This document shows positions 1-11,104 of a stretch of DNA of 53,996 nucleotides, in pieces. The notes under the pieces were generated by a model. It ran no database searches, was not told where the DNA came from, and was given only the letters and a program-made list of their open reading frames with translations. How positions within the stretch are numbered: position 1 is the first letter of the stretch; each line of letters starts with the position of its first letter. The translations under genes were made by a program, and so were the position numbers. The stretch is from Verrucomicrobiota bacterium (GTDB lineage: Bacteria; Verrucomicrobiota; Verrucomicrobiia; Limisphaerales; UBA9464): positions 1 through 53,996 of the forward strand of contig JAPLUF010000090.1 of assembly GCA_026397755.1 (NCBI GenBank). Reading direction: 5' to 3'.

Positions 1-1
1 C

Positions 2-2335
2 ACCACCTTCGACCGCGCCGGCCAACCCTTCGTGTTCGCCGGCAACGGCCACGGCATCGCCCACCTTACGCAGGCGATGATCCGCACCGAGCACTTCGAG
101 GCGCATCCGCCGCTGTGGAACCAAGGCCGCAAGTTCGGCGGGGCCGACATCGCCGACAACAGTCACTGGCTCCCCGAGAACCGCGGAGAGTTCGTGGCGG
201 GCGGGTATCTTCATAACAGCGTCGAGCGATTCCGCCTCACCCCCCGCGGAGCAACCTTCCAGGTCGACCGGCTGCCACCCCTGGTGGAATCGACCAACAC
301 CGCCTTCCGCGTCGTCGATGTGCGCTTTGGTCCCGATGGCGCCCTGTACCTCTGCGACTGGTTCAATTCGCTCATTGGCCACTACCAAACGAGCTTCCGA
401 CATCCCGACCGCGACAAGACCCGCGGACGCATTTGGCGCGTGTCCGCCAAGGGGCGTCCGGCCCTGCGTGCCCCTGCGCTCGAGAAGGCTCCTCTGCCCG
501 CTCTCTTTGACGCGCTGCTTTCTCCCGAGCGCTGGAACCGGCAACTCGCTGCCCGCGTCCTCAAGGACCGACCGACCGAACCCGTGGTCGCCGGCCTCCA
601 AAATTGGGTGCACGCCGCGCCGTCCGCAGAGGCGGGTCTCGATCGAATATACGAAGGCATTGGTGTCCTCGCCTCACACGAAGTTCCCCAGGCGGAATTC
701 ATCGAACTCCTCTCCCACTCCAGCAATCCCGACCACCGCGCCCGCGCCGCGCGAATTACCGGTCACTGGGCCAGTCGCCTGAAAGATCCACTAGAGGTGC
801 TGACACGCCTGGCTGCGGACACCCAAGCCACGGTGCGTCTCGAAGCCGTGGTCGCCTGCGCCTATGTGCCGGATGCGCGCGCCGTCGAAGTAGCTGCCAT
901 CGCCATGGAGAATGCCACGGGAGCACCCGGAGAAGCCCCGGTGGCCTATGCCTTCACCCAATGCGTCCACGCCCTCAAGCCGCTGTGGAAAGGCCCCTAC
1001 GCGCAAGGCTCCCTGAGTTTCGGCAACAACCAGCGCCGACGCGACGCCTTTGCCCGCGCCGATCGGAGCGCCGACACTGTAAACGAAGCAGCTACCCGAT
1101 TGCGACGCATCCAAGAAGTCGCCCTACCCGCCGACACCCAAGCCTCGCTCGTCGAGTCCGTGCTGACCGCCGCTCGGCCTCAAGACATCCCACTGCTGCT
1201 GGCCCCTCGAACGTTCACGGTCGGAACTGCCTATGATGCCGGAGCCCACGCCCGAGCCTTACTTCAGTTGGACACGCTGGGCCGGAACCTCGGCCTCAAG
1301 CCCACCCAAGACGTTGGCCCTGCCCTGGGCGCGCTCCTGTCTTCGGCCCATCCTTCAGTTCAGGCGGCGGCGGCCCGGTTGATCGGTCGCTGGCAAATCC
1401 GCTCATTAGAATCGGATGTGGTCCGTATTCTCGAATCCCAAGATTCCCCCGAGGCGGTCCGTGCTGGAGCCATCGCCGGCCTAGCCCTCTTCCCCAGTCC
1501 CGAACACACGGCTCGAATCCTCCGCACGGCGGGCCCTGAGGCGCCCGCCGTCCTCAAGACCGTCGCCGCTGCGTCACTCACAGCCAGAGATCTGGGGGCT
1601 GCCTGCCGCTTGGCGGCCGAAGTTTTTGCCCAAGAAGCCAACACCGCAGCGATCGAAACCGTGATGACCCCAATCTTGCGGCAACCCGGCGGGGCCGGCG
1701 CTCTGGCCAGGGCTCTCCAAAAAGTCGCACCCCATCCAGAATCGGCCCGGGCTCTGGCAGGATTTTTGGCCCAGGCCGGACGCCAAGTGCCCGAGCTCGC
1801 CCCGGTATTAGGACAGGTGCTCGGTCGAACCGCAGGCAACCAGACCCTCACCGAACGACTGGCTAGCGGCCCCGCCCGCCAAGAATTTCTGAAGACTGTC
1901 CGCGCAACGGGGGATGCGCAGCGCGGGGCCACGGTTTTTGCGCGTGTTGAGCTCGGCTGCACTTCCTGTCACGGCATCGGTGCATCGCAACCGGGCCTGG
2001 GTCCCGACCTCGGAGCCCTCGGCACCGCCCAAACCCCCGACTTTATCCTGCGTGCACTCCTAGAACCCCAGGTCGAAGTGAAGGAAGGTTTCATGTCGTG
2101 GAACCTGACCCTTCGCAACGGCGAGGAAATCCAAGGCCGCATCGAAAGCACTTCTCCCCAGGAAATCGTACTGTTGGAGGCTGCCTCTCGCAGGCCACTG
2201 CGACTCGCCCGCTCGGAGATAAACTCTCAAACTCAAGCCGGCTCCATCATGCCAGCCGGACTCGTGGACGCACTCAGCGAAGTCGAACTCCGAGACCTTC
2301 TTCGCTACCTGTCCGGCCTCGGCCGCCGGGATTGA
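2..2335 (+). CDS. HEAT-repeat plus C-terminal cytochrome c (CxxCH) protein of the PVC 'membrane-bound dehydrogenase / heme-binding domain' type; 5' end runs off the window
   Basis: The frame is open from nt 2 (TTFDRAGQPFVFAGNGHG...), so the listed Met at 32 is internal. It has repeated HEAT-like helices (ARVLKDRP, ARITGHW, AARLIGRW) and a single heme motif GCTSCHG near the C-terminus followed by GPDLG. Stop at 2333-2335. Confidence 0.7.
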   Translation, partial: TTFDRAGQPFVFAGNGHGIAHLTQAMIRTEHFEAHPPLWNQGRKFGGADIADNSHWLPENRGEFVAGGYLHNSVERFRLTPRGATFQVDRLPPLVESTNTAFRVVDVRFGPDGALYLCDWFNSLIGHYQTSFRHPDRDKTRGRIWRVSAKGRPALRAPALEKAPLPALFDALLSPERWNRQLAARVLKDRPTEPVVAGLQNWVHAAPSAEAGLDRIYEGIGVLASHEVPQAEFIELLSHSSNPDHRARAARITGHWASRLKDPLEVLTRLAADTQATVRLEAVVACAYVPDARAVEVAAIAMENATGAPGEAPVAYAFTQCVHALKPLWKGPYAQGSLSFGNNQRRRDAFARADRSADTVNEAATRLRRIQEVALPADTQASLVESVLTAARPQDIPLLLAPRTFTVGTAYDAGAHARALLQLDTLGRNLGLKPTQDVGPALGALLSSAHPSVQAAAARLIGRWQIRSLESDVVRILESQDSPEAVRAGAIAGLALFPSPEHTARILRTAGPEAPAVLKTVAAASLTARDLGAACRLAAEVFAQEANTAAIETVMTPILRQPGGAGALARALQKVAPHPESARALAGFLAQAGRQVPELAPVLGQVLGRTAGNQTLTERLASGPARQEFLKTVRATGDAQRGATVFARVELGCTSCHGIGASQPGLGPDLGALGTAQTPDFILRALLEPQVEVKEGFMSWNLTLRNGEEIQGRIESTSPQEIVLLEAASRRPLRLARSEINSQTQAGSIMPAGLVDALSEVELRDLLRYLSGLGRRD

Positions 2336-2373
2336 TTGGATCGACCGGCCACCGAAACCCACGGTCCGGAGCG

Positions 2374-5300
2374 TTGACGGATAGGAAGACCTTCGGGGAA
2401 GGTGACGTCATCGTGCCCGTCCACCCGCTCATCGACCTCATCACGTCGCCGGAGCCCTCCGTGCGGAACCGCCCCCTAGAGGCATGGTCCGGGCCGGCCA
2501 CACTGGCTGAGCTGCTCGAGGCCTGCTCGGCCTTGGACCAGTTCCGCCGAGAGGCCCTGAACCTGTACGAACGAGTGCGGGCCCTGTTCTTCCTGTCGGC
2601 CCTCCATCGATTTCACCTTCCACCCAAACTCAGCACCTCAGGCCATGCGGGTTTGATCCCGTTTGCTGGCTTCGAACATCTTCTCAACCGCCGCTTCGAA
2701 GAGGCCATCGACTGCTTTCTCGGAGAGCTTGAGACGCAGGGTCCTTCCGATGGCATCGCCTCGGCCCTGGCGGCCGCTTACCACCGACTGGCTTTTCAGA
2801 CCCTCGCCGACCAGGTACGACGCAGTGTGCGAACCGTGCGAGGCAACCAGTGGATGTTCCGCATGGGCCATCCCGCCGATCAGCCACTCAGACTGCGGCC
2901 GGAACTCTTGGAGCGATCCTCAGACGGAGCTTATCCCATTCTCCGCGAACTCACACCGGTGCGGATGGATCTCACCCACTCGGCCTGGTCCGACATCTTC
3001 TTTCTGGGCATGGACTACCCCGAGGGGGCCAAGGTGCTCAACATCTCAGTAGACCTCGGTGTCCACGGACGCGATGCGGCTCCGCGCCCACCGGTGAGTG
3101 CCTGGCTGCGCGTGCTCGATGAGCCTCTGCTCCGCCTCACCTCGGTAGATCTTGGAGCGACCGCCGACCTCACCGCATTGAGCGAGGTTTTCGATTTCGC
3201 CAAAGACCATCTCGGGTTGCTGAAAGCGGCCGTCATCGCCGCAGGCGTGGTCCCGCCGGGCATCGAAGGTTCCGGCCAATCACTGGCCGACTTGCTCGCG
3301 CGCATCGTCGGTCCCGGACGCGGCCTCGAACTCTGTTCCAGCGTCAACGACATCCCCAAGGGATCGCGACTGGCGGTCAGCACAAATTTGCTGGGCTCGC
3401 TCATCAGCGTCTGTATGCGGGCTACTGGACAGGCCTCTTCACTGACCGGGCCTCTTGAGGAATCGGAGCGGCGGCTTGTTCTCGCACGGGCCCTCTTGGG
3501 CGAGTGGCTCGGCGGCTCCGGTGGCGGATGGCAAGACTCGGGCGGGGTCTGGCCGGGCATCAAGCTCATCACGGGCGTGGTGGCCACCGAAGAGGATCCC
3601 GAGTGGGGCATTTCCCGGGGATGCCTCATGCCAACCCATCATGTTTTCAGCCGCCAAGAAATCCCGGAGTCGTCTCGCCGCGCGCTCATGGATTCGCTGG
3701 TAGTGGTCCACGGAGGCATGGCCCAAAACGTGGGCCCCATTCTCGAAATGGTGACCGAAAAATACCTCCTGCGCTCCGCCTCCGAATGGTCGGGACACCA
3801 AGAGGCACTTGGGGTGTTGGACGAAATTATTGATGCGCTCCGATGCGGAGACATCCACGCCGTCGGCCAGGCCACCACGCGCAATTTTCGGCAGCCCCTG
3901 CAGGCCATTATTCCCTGGGCTTCCAACCACTTCACCGAACGTCTGATTCAACAGTGCGAGACCGAATTTGGTGCTGATTTCTGGGGCTTTTGGATGCTCG
4001 GTGGAATGTCGGGCGGCGGCATGGGTTTCATCTTCGCCCCGGAGCGGAAGGCCGAGGCTCAAAATCGACTCCTGAATTTGATGCTAGAGATCAAACGTAG
4101 CCTCGCGGAGGCCCTGCCCTTCGCCATGGATCCGGTGGTCTTCGACTACGCCATCAACGAGCACGGCACGATGGCCGACTTACTCTGCGGCGAGGAAGCG
4201 CTGATGCCGCTCAATTACTACGCGCTCACGGTACCCACCCTGCTGCGCGCCGATCGCCGCACTTTGACCCCGGCTCGCCGTACTGAACTCGACCGAGTGG
4301 GAATGGCTGCACGCTCGCGGCCAGAGCTGGGTGGTATGATCCAGACGCTCTTTGATGCCCTGCTGCCTCGCTCCCGAAACAGTGCGAGCGAACGCAGCGG
4401 ATTGCAGGGATTGCTCGAAGAGAACGGATTCGATCCAGCCCAGCATGAGCAAATCCGCTCAGACCTGCGGGAGGGTCGCATCGGACTCGCCCAAAATCGC
4501 CTCCGTGCCGACAGCCAGATCGAAGACGTCGATGCAACGGATGTCCTCCGTTGGGACAACCCTTCAACCACGGTGCCGCCCGAGGTCCGCGCTGCCGGTG
4601 AGGCTGCGTTGCGAGCCGGTGAGGTCGCCGTGATAACCTTGGCGGCGGGAGCCGGATCGCGATGGACCGGCGGCGCCGGCACCTGCAAGGCGCTGCATCC
4701 CTTCGCCCAGTTCGCCGGCCAGCACCGGACCTTCATCGAAACCCACCTGGCCAAGTCCCGGCGCTCAGGTCGCCTAGCGGGCCAGGTCCTGCCGCACCTT
4801 TTTACAACGAGCTACCTCACCCACGAACCCACCCAGCGGTTCCTCCGACAAGTCGAGGGCTATGGCTACCCCGGGCCCCTGATTCTGTCACCTGGCCGCA
4901 GCGTCGGCCTAAGACTCATCCCGACAGAACGTGATCTTCGCTTCGCGTGGGAAGAAATGCCTCAACAGGTGCTGGATGTTCAGCAGCAGAAGGTCCGCGA
5001 GAGTCTCCGGTCGGCCCTCATTGGCTGGGCCCTCGCTACAGGCGAGGCCGGCGACTACACCGACAACGTGCCGCTGCAATGCCTGCATCCGGTGGGCCAT
5101 TTCTTCGAGGTTCCCAATCTCTTCCGCAATGGCGTGCTGGCCGCACTCCTGAGTGAGCGACCCCAGCTCAAATACCTGCTGCTCCACAACATCGATACCC
5201 TCGGAGCCTCTATGGATCCGGCCCTGTTGGGGCAGCATATTCTCAGCGGGGCTTGTCTCACCTTCGAATTAATTGGGCGACGGCTGGAAGACCGTGGGGG

Positions 5301-5754
5301 TGGCCTCGCTCGGGTCAATGGCCACCCTCGGCTGGTCGAAGGGTTGGCCATGCCGCGAGAGGAAGATGAGTTCCGGTTGCGCTTCTACAACTCCATGACG
5401 ACCTGGATCCATCTCGACCGGTTGCTGGAAGCCTTCGGATTGACGCGGGAGGACATCCTTTCCCAGAACCAACCGAAGATTGCCTCTGCGATCCGCACCA
5501 TCGCCAGTCGGCTGCCGACCTATGTCACGATCAAGGACGTGAAAAAGCGTTGGGGACACGGCCAAGAAGATGTTTTTCCCGTCGCCCAGTTTGAGAAGCT
5601 CTGGAGCGACCTGAGTGCCTTGAGCGAGATCGATACCCGCTTTGTGGTGGTGCCCCGAATTCGGGGCCAACAGCTGAAGGACCCCGCTCAGCTCGATGGT
5701 TGGCTGCGCGATGGTTCTGCAGCCGCGGTGTCGGCGCTCTGCGATTGGTCTTGA
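2374..5754 (+). CDS. Large multidomain protein: unknown N-terminal region, degenerate GHMP/fucokinase-like kinase domain, and C-terminal UDPGP-family (UTP-sugar-1-phosphate uridylyltransferase-like) domain
   Basis: The long ORF 2098-5754 overlaps the upstream gene at its 5' end. Plausible starts are TTG 2374 or GTG 2413 (GGGGAAGG lies about 11 nt upstream of 2413). GHMP-like motifs: NDIPKGSRLAVSTNLLGSLISV (about 3343-3405; compare PxGSGLGSS) and WMLGGMSGGGMGFIF (about 3990-4035). UDPGP-like motifs: VITLAAGAGSRWTGG (about 4630-4675) and LLLHNIDTLGASMDP...DRGGGLARVNG. Confidence 0.6.
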   Translation: MTDRKTFGEGDVIVPVHPLIDLITSPEPSVRNRPLEAWSGPATLAELLEACSALDQFRREALNLYERVRALFFLSALHRFHLPPKLSTSGHAGLIPFAGFEHLLNRRFEEAIDCFLGELETQGPSDGIASALAAAYHRLAFQTLADQVRRSVRTVRGNQWMFRMGHPADQPLRLRPELLERSSDGAYPILRELTPVRMDLTHSAWSDIFFLGMDYPEGAKVLNISVDLGVHGRDAAPRPPVSAWLRVLDEPLLRLTSVDLGATADLTALSEVFDFAKDHLGLLKAAVIAAGVVPPGIEGSGQSLADLLARIVGPGRGLELCSSVNDIPKGSRLAVSTNLLGSLISVCMRATGQASSLTGPLEESERRLVLARALLGEWLGGSGGGWQDSGGVWPGIKLITGVVATEEDPEWGISRGCLMPTHHVFSRQEIPESSRRALMDSLVVVHGGMAQNVGPILEMVTEKYLLRSASEWSGHQEALGVLDEIIDALRCGDIHAVGQATTRNFRQPLQAIIPWASNHFTERLIQQCETEFGADFWGFWMLGGMSGGGMGFIFAPERKAEAQNRLLNLMLEIKRSLAEALPFAMDPVVFDYAINEHGTMADLLCGEEALMPLNYYALTVPTLLRADRRTLTPARRTELDRVGMAARSRPELGGMIQTLFDALLPRSRNSASERSGLQGLLEENGFDPAQHEQIRSDLREGRIGLAQNRLRADSQIEDVDATDVLRWDNPSTTVPPEVRAAGEAALRAGEVAVITLAAGAGSRWTGGAGTCKALHPFAQFAGQHRTFIETHLAKSRRSGRLAGQVLPHLFTTSYLTHEPTQRFLRQVEGYGYPGPLILSPGRSVGLRLIPTERDLRFAWEEMPQQVLDVQQQKVRESLRSALIGWALATGEAGDYTDNVPLQCLHPVGHFFEVPNLFRNGVLAALLSERPQLKYLLLHNIDTLGASMDPALLGQHILSGACLTFELIGRRLEDRGGGLARVNGHPRLVEGLAMPREEDEFRLRFYNSMTTWIHLDRLLEAFGLTREDILSQNQPKIASAIRTIASRLPTYVTIKDVKKRWGHGQEDVFPVAQFEKLWSDLSALSEIDTRFVVVPRIRGQQLKDPAQLDGWLRDGSAAAVSALCDWS

Positions 5755-5825
5755 GGAGAGTTCAACTGAATCCGGTCACTCCTTCACTCAGTCCCGCTCC
5801 GCTTTTTTTAAGCCGCCAAAAGCAA

Positions 5826-5856
5826 ACGCCCGTTCTGCAAGAAGCAGGACGGGCGT
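5826..5856 (-). terminator. Hairpin between convergent genes, most likely the efp terminator
   Basis: 13-bp stem ACGCCCGTTCTGC / GCAGGACGGGCGT (one G-U pair) with loop AAGAA. On the minus strand it is followed by TTGCTTTTGG. It lies 40 nt downstream of the efp stop. Confidence 0.6.
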
Positions 5857-5895
5857 CTGAAAACTTGAACGTGTTGGAAAGTGTAGAGAACTGGC

Positions 5896-6456
5896 TCAGG
5901 CGCGTTCCATGTACTTGCCGGTCCGTGTGTCCACCTTGATCTTCTCGCCCGTCTTGATGAAGAGGGGGACATTGATCTCAACACCGGTCTCCAGCGTCAC
6001 CGTCTTCTGCACATTATTGGCGCTGTCTCCCTTGAGACCGTCTGGCGCATTGGACACGGTAAGAATGACGCTCGAAGGCATTTCAATAATGACGGCCTTC
6101 TCCTCGACGAAGGTCATGGTCACTAAGCTGTTCTCGGTGAGATAATTCTTGGCATCACCGACGAATTCAGGAGTCACCGTGACCTCTTCGTAAGTCTCAG
6201 GATTGACGAACACATAGTCGTCACCGGACTTGTAGCTGTACTCCATCTTGTAGGTCATCAATGGGACCGTCTCTATCTTTTCCCCCGAGCCGAAGCGGAC
6301 ATCCATGCTCTTGCCGGTACGGATGCTGCGCAAAATGCCCTGTACGAAAGCCCGTAGGTTGCCGGGAGTCCGGTGGGTGACCTCAAGGACGACGCAAATG
6401 TCGGTATTGTACTTGATCGCTTGACCCTTGCGGAGTTCGTTCGCGTTAACTGCCAT
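5896..6456 (-). CDS. efp: Translation elongation factor P
   Basis: 186 aa. N-terminus MAVNANELRKGQAIKYNTDICVVLEVTHRTPGNLRAFVQ... followed by the typical EF-P OB domains (VNPETYEEV, GVEINVPLFI..GEKIKVDTRTGKY). Confidence 0.95.
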   Translation of the reverse strand: MAVNANELRKGQAIKYNTDICVVLEVTHRTPGNLRAFVQGILRSIRTGKSMDVRFGSGEKIETVPLMTYKMEYSYKSGDDYVFVNPETYEEVTVTPEFVGDAKNYLTENSLVTMTFVEEKAVIIEMPSSVILTVSNAPDGLKGDSANNVQKTVTLETGVEINVPLFIKTGEKIKVDTRTGKYMERA

Positions 6457-6657
6457 AAAATAAAAACGGGTGTTCCGCTGGGTAATCCGGCGGAAAGAAC
6501 ATTTATCCTACCGGCCGACGAATTGATGGCAAGCGTCCAATTCCAACGGCGCTGGCTCGGACCCGCCAAAGCTGCCAGAAATCTGCTTCACCTCCATCCA
6601 GATGCTGTCTCATTCTATCCTCTCCTCCGGGTTTCTCCCGAGGGAACTTCCGCCGCC

Positions 6658-6903
6658 ATGAAAGCCAAGCTCGTCATCACTCCGAAAAAGGCCGTCCTCG
6701 ATCCTCAAGGCAAGACCGTCGCCAACGCCCTCGAACACATGGGATACGCTGGAGTCACCGGCGTCCGCGTGGGCAAGTACATCGAGATCGACTTGGCCCC
6801 GGGCACCTCCGCTGCCGATGCCCACAACGCTCTCAACGAGGCGGCCTTGCGTTTTCTGAGCAACCCGGTGATCGAAGATTACCGTTTGGAGATCGTGGAA
6901 TGA
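6658..6903 (+). CDS. purS: Phosphoribosylformylglycinamidine synthase subunit PurS
   Basis: Internal ATG at 6658 of ORF 6373-6903 gives an 81-aa protein: [44 protein letters not shown]. The upstream part of the ORF overlaps efp on the other strand. Confidence 0.9.
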   Translation: MKAKLVITPKKAVLDPQGKTVANALEHMGYAGVTGVRVGKYIEIDLAPGTSAADAHNALNEAALRFLSNPVIEDYRLEIVE

Positions 6904-7637
6904 CGACCCATTCGGCTATGCGATTTGCCATCCTCCAGTTTCCCGCTTCCAACTGCGACCAAGACTGCGTGCACGCGCTTCGCGTGCTGGGCAGCCAAGC
7001 CAAACTCGTCTGGCACAAGGACACCTCGTTGGGCGACGTCGATGCCGTGATCGTGCCCGGTGGCTTCAGCTATGGGGACGCTCTGCGTTGCGGGGCCATC
7101 GCCCGTTTCAGCCCGGTGATGCAAGCGGTGAGCCGCTTCGCGGACAACGGCGGGCTCGTCCTAGGCATTTGCAATGGCTTCCAAATCCTTTGCGAGGCAG
7201 GTCTTTTGCCGGGTGCACTAATCCGCAACCGAGACCTGCGTTTCCACTGCGAACAGGTTTTTCTGAAAACCGCCAACTTCGAGACTCCATTTACTTCAGA
7301 AATCCGCCGCGACGGCGTTCCCCTCCGCATTCCCATCGCCCACGGCGAGGGATGCTACTTCGCCGATGCTCCCACGCTGGAACGATTGCAAACACAGCGC
7401 CAAATTCTTTGGCAGTACTGTGACGCGAGTGGGGCCGTGACTGAGGCAGCCAATCCCAATGGTTCCGTGCTGAACATCGCGGGCATCGCCAATGAGCGCT
7501 TCAACGTAGCGGGCCTCATGCCTCACCCGGATCGGGCAGTGGAAGGAATCCTCGGAACAGAAGATGGCCGTTCGATCCTGAACAGCATGATCTTGGCGCT
7601 GGAATCCCGACGGGCTTCAGCCGTGGCGGTCGCCTGA
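6900..7637 (+). CDS. purQ: Phosphoribosylformylglycinamidine synthase I (glutamine amidotransferase subunit PurQ)
   Basis: ATGA overlap with the purS stop. Class I GATase motifs are present: [18 protein letters not shown] (nucleophile Cys) and MPHPDR. Confidence 0.93.
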   Translation: MTTHSAMRFAILQFPASNCDQDCVHALRVLGSQAKLVWHKDTSLGDVDAVIVPGGFSYGDALRCGAIARFSPVMQAVSRFADNGGLVLGICNGFQILCEAGLLPGALIRNRDLRFHCEQVFLKTANFETPFTSEIRRDGVPLRIPIAHGEGCYFADAPTLERLQTQRQILWQYCDASGAVTEAANPNGSVLNIAGIANERFNVAGLMPHPDRAVEGILGTEDGRSILNSMILALESRRASAVAVA

Positions 7638-7681
7638 AGGGCTATAAGGCCAAGGACTGTCTGCGCCCTGCAATACGGCCG

Positions 7682-8356
7682 TCACCACCGCGAAGGTTGG
7701 CCCACAGCCCGGGCCAACCGATCCAAATAATCGGCCCGAGGAATTTCCATCGCTCCCAGCGAGCGGGTGACCGAGGTAACCATCTGACAGTCCAGCAAGG
7801 TGAATCCGCGGCTGAATAGATGACGGTCCAGGTGGACCAAAGCCACCTTCGAAGCATCATCCGCGCGGTGAAACATGGACTCACCGGCAAAGAAGCCTCC
7901 AACACTAACCCCGTACACCCCACCCACCAGCAGCCCTTCCTGCCAGCATTCCACACTGTGGGCATGTCCGGCCTGGGCCAGTTGTTCGTACGCCTCCAAA
8001 AGCTGGGGTGAAATCCAGGTCGAGCTAGCCCCGCCCCGGGGCACCGTGGCACAGGCTCGAATGACAGCAGAAAAATCCTGATCGAAAGTCACCGTGTAGG
8101 GGGCTCGACGCAACGTCCGGGCCAGACTCCGGGAAACATGCACTGCGCCCACCGGAAGAACGCCGCGGGGATCGGGGGACCACCAGGTGATCGGGTCCGC
8201 CGACCACGGAAAAAGACCGCTCTGATAGGCTTCCAGCAACCGCTCCACCGCCAGGTCGCCTCCCACTGCCACCAATCCATCTTCCCGGGCCTGGCTCGGA
8301 TCCGGCAACCGATCTCCTGGAGATAGGAAGGCCACGGAACCGACAGGTTTCCTCAT
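7682..8356 (-). CDS. aat: Leucyl/phenylalanyl-tRNA--protein transferase
   Basis: Sequence GLVAVGGDLAVERLLEAYQSGLFPWS..PITWWSPDPRGVLP...FAGESMFH. The start was chosen at MRKP (8356), which forms an ATGA overlap with the stop of the upstream ORF. The longer ORF to 8419 is less likely. Confidence 0.9.
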   Translation of the reverse strand: MRKPVGSVAFLSPGDRLPDPSQAREDGLVAVGGDLAVERLLEAYQSGLFPWSADPITWWSPDPRGVLPVGAVHVSRSLARTLRRAPYTVTFDQDFSAVIRACATVPRGGASSTWISPQLLEAYEQLAQAGHAHSVECWQEGLLVGGVYGVSVGGFFAGESMFHRADDASKVALVHLDRHLFSRGFTLLDCQMVTSVTRSLGAMEIPRADYLDRLARAVGQPSRW

Positions 8357-8676
8357 TCGAGAGATTCCTCGAAGATCAACCGCCCCTGGAGACGGGAGGC
8401 AATCTCCAGGGTCCACCAATGCAGGATATTGGGTGAGTCGGGAGCCAGATCGTCGGGAACCTCCGGAGGATCGGGTCGCCCGAGTTGTTCCCAGGCCCCC
8501 AGGCGCAATTCGTTCAGGGCCTGAAGACAGGATTCACGGTCTTCGCGTGTGAGACGGAGGATCCAGCCCGAATCTTCTCGGGGTCCGGTGGGGGTTTGGA
8601 TCGTCGTTTGGGCCGAAACCGCCACGCCCAAGAGCACCACCAATCGGGAACGTACCTCTGCTCGATGCTTCTCCAA
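8353..8676 (-). CDS. Hypothetical acidic 107-aa protein between clpS and aat
   Basis: Complete ORF, translationally coupled to aat by a 4-nt overlap and starting 9 nt after the clpS stop. I recognise no family motif (…ILRLTREDRESCLQALNELRLGAWEQLG…). Confidence 0.55.
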   Translation of the reverse strand: MEKHRAEVRSRLVVLLGVAVSAQTTIQTPTGPREDSGWILRLTREDRESCLQALNELRLGAWEQLGRPDPPEVPDDLAPDSPNILHWWTLEIASRLQGRLIFEESLE

Positions 8677-8684
8677 CTCACCGG

Positions 8685-9017
8685 CTAAATCCGATTGGCA
8701 CTGTTCCTCAAGGGCTTCGGAGGTGCGGGTTCTAAAGTGGCGGTGAGGGAATACTTCTGGAGCGCGTGGACGTAGTACTCCGCTTTTTCGAAGCTGTCTC
8801 GAACCACAACACTGCGGCCTTGCTCATGGACTTCGAGCATGTGCCGCTGTGCCTTTTCACGCCCCCAACCGAAAACCTGCTGAAACACATGGGTCACATA
8901 GGGCATGAGGTTGACCGGATCATCCCAGACGATGACGGTATAATCCTGCTCACGAACCTTCTTGGGATCCGTCTCCACATCGACGTCGGGCGTCGGTAAT
9001 TCGATGGTTCCCGGCAT
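8685..9017 (-). CDS. clpS: ATP-dependent Clp protease adaptor ClpS
   Basis: YTVIVWDDPVNLMPYVTHVFQQVFGWGREKAQRHMLEVHEQGRSVV is the canonical ClpS core. Confidence 0.93.
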   Translation of the reverse strand: MPGTIELPTPDVDVETDPKKVREQDYTVIVWDDPVNLMPYVTHVFQQVFGWGREKAQRHMLEVHEQGRSVVVRDSFEKAEYYVHALQKYSLTATLEPAPPKPLRNSANRI

Positions 9018-9196
9018 GCGGTTGACTGGCTCGAAGGATTTAGTTGCAGGAGGCTCACCTCTCCAAGCGGCGATCTAACCCAGTTGAGGAGAGGTGTTCG
9101 CTCAGCAAAGGTGCTAGCATAACAACGGCCGCCCGATGAGTGGCGGCAACTGTTTAAGCGGCGACTGTTTTACTGAATCCGATCCGGCAGATCAGT

Positions 9197-9604
9197 TCAT
9201 CGATGCTGACGCCGCTTCAAGTTCAGCTGGGTCAAGGAGTGCATGAGAGAGGCTTGGGCCATAGCCGTTTCTTCGTCTCCCAATCTCTGAGCGATCCGCG
9301 CCTCGGCCTTTTTCCGGGCTTCTTCGGCGCGAACTTCGTCGATATCTGCAACGCGGATAGCCATATCGGTCAAGATGGCCACCCGTTGACCGGTGATCTC
9401 TACAAAACCTTCTCCGACGGCGAGGAAGTGATCTTGGCCGCCCTTACGGACGATGATCTCGCCATGGGTGATCTGAGTCATCAGCGGGATGTGCATCGGG
9501 AAGATACCCATCTCGCCTTCGAGCCCAGGCAAGGTAACCATGTCGACCTCCTCGGAATAGATCCGGGCCTCGGGCGTGGCAATTTCCAGTTTGAGAGTGG
9601 CCAT
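9197..9604 (-). CDS. atpC: F1Fo ATP synthase epsilon subunit
   Basis: 135 aa, beginning MATLKLEIATPE... The N-terminal region is predicted beta-sandwich and the C-terminal region helical. It is the last gene of the atp operon. Confidence 0.9.
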   Translation of the reverse strand: MATLKLEIATPEARIYSEEVDMVTLPGLEGEMGIFPMHIPLMTQITHGEIIVRKGGQDHFLAVGEGFVEITGQRVAILTDMAIRVADIDEVRAEEARKKAEARIAQRLGDEETAMAQASLMHSLTQLNLKRRQHR

Positions 9605-9640
9605 GTCGTTGGGGTTCTGAGCGTGGGACGGACAACTAAG

Positions 9641-11104
<1,464 letters not shown>

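Noticed and set aside
2098-2373. An N-terminal 92-aa extension of the 1218-aa ORF.
   Set aside because: It overlaps the 3' end of the upstream cytochrome gene (to 2335) in another frame and is Arg/Pro/Ser-rich. In-frame TTG 2374 or GTG 2413, just after the upstream stop, are more plausible starts.
6373-6657. The long form of the purS ORF (176 aa).
   Set aside because: The first 95 codons overlap the efp start region on the opposite strand and are unlike PurS. The internal ATG at 6658 yields a canonical 81-aa PurS.
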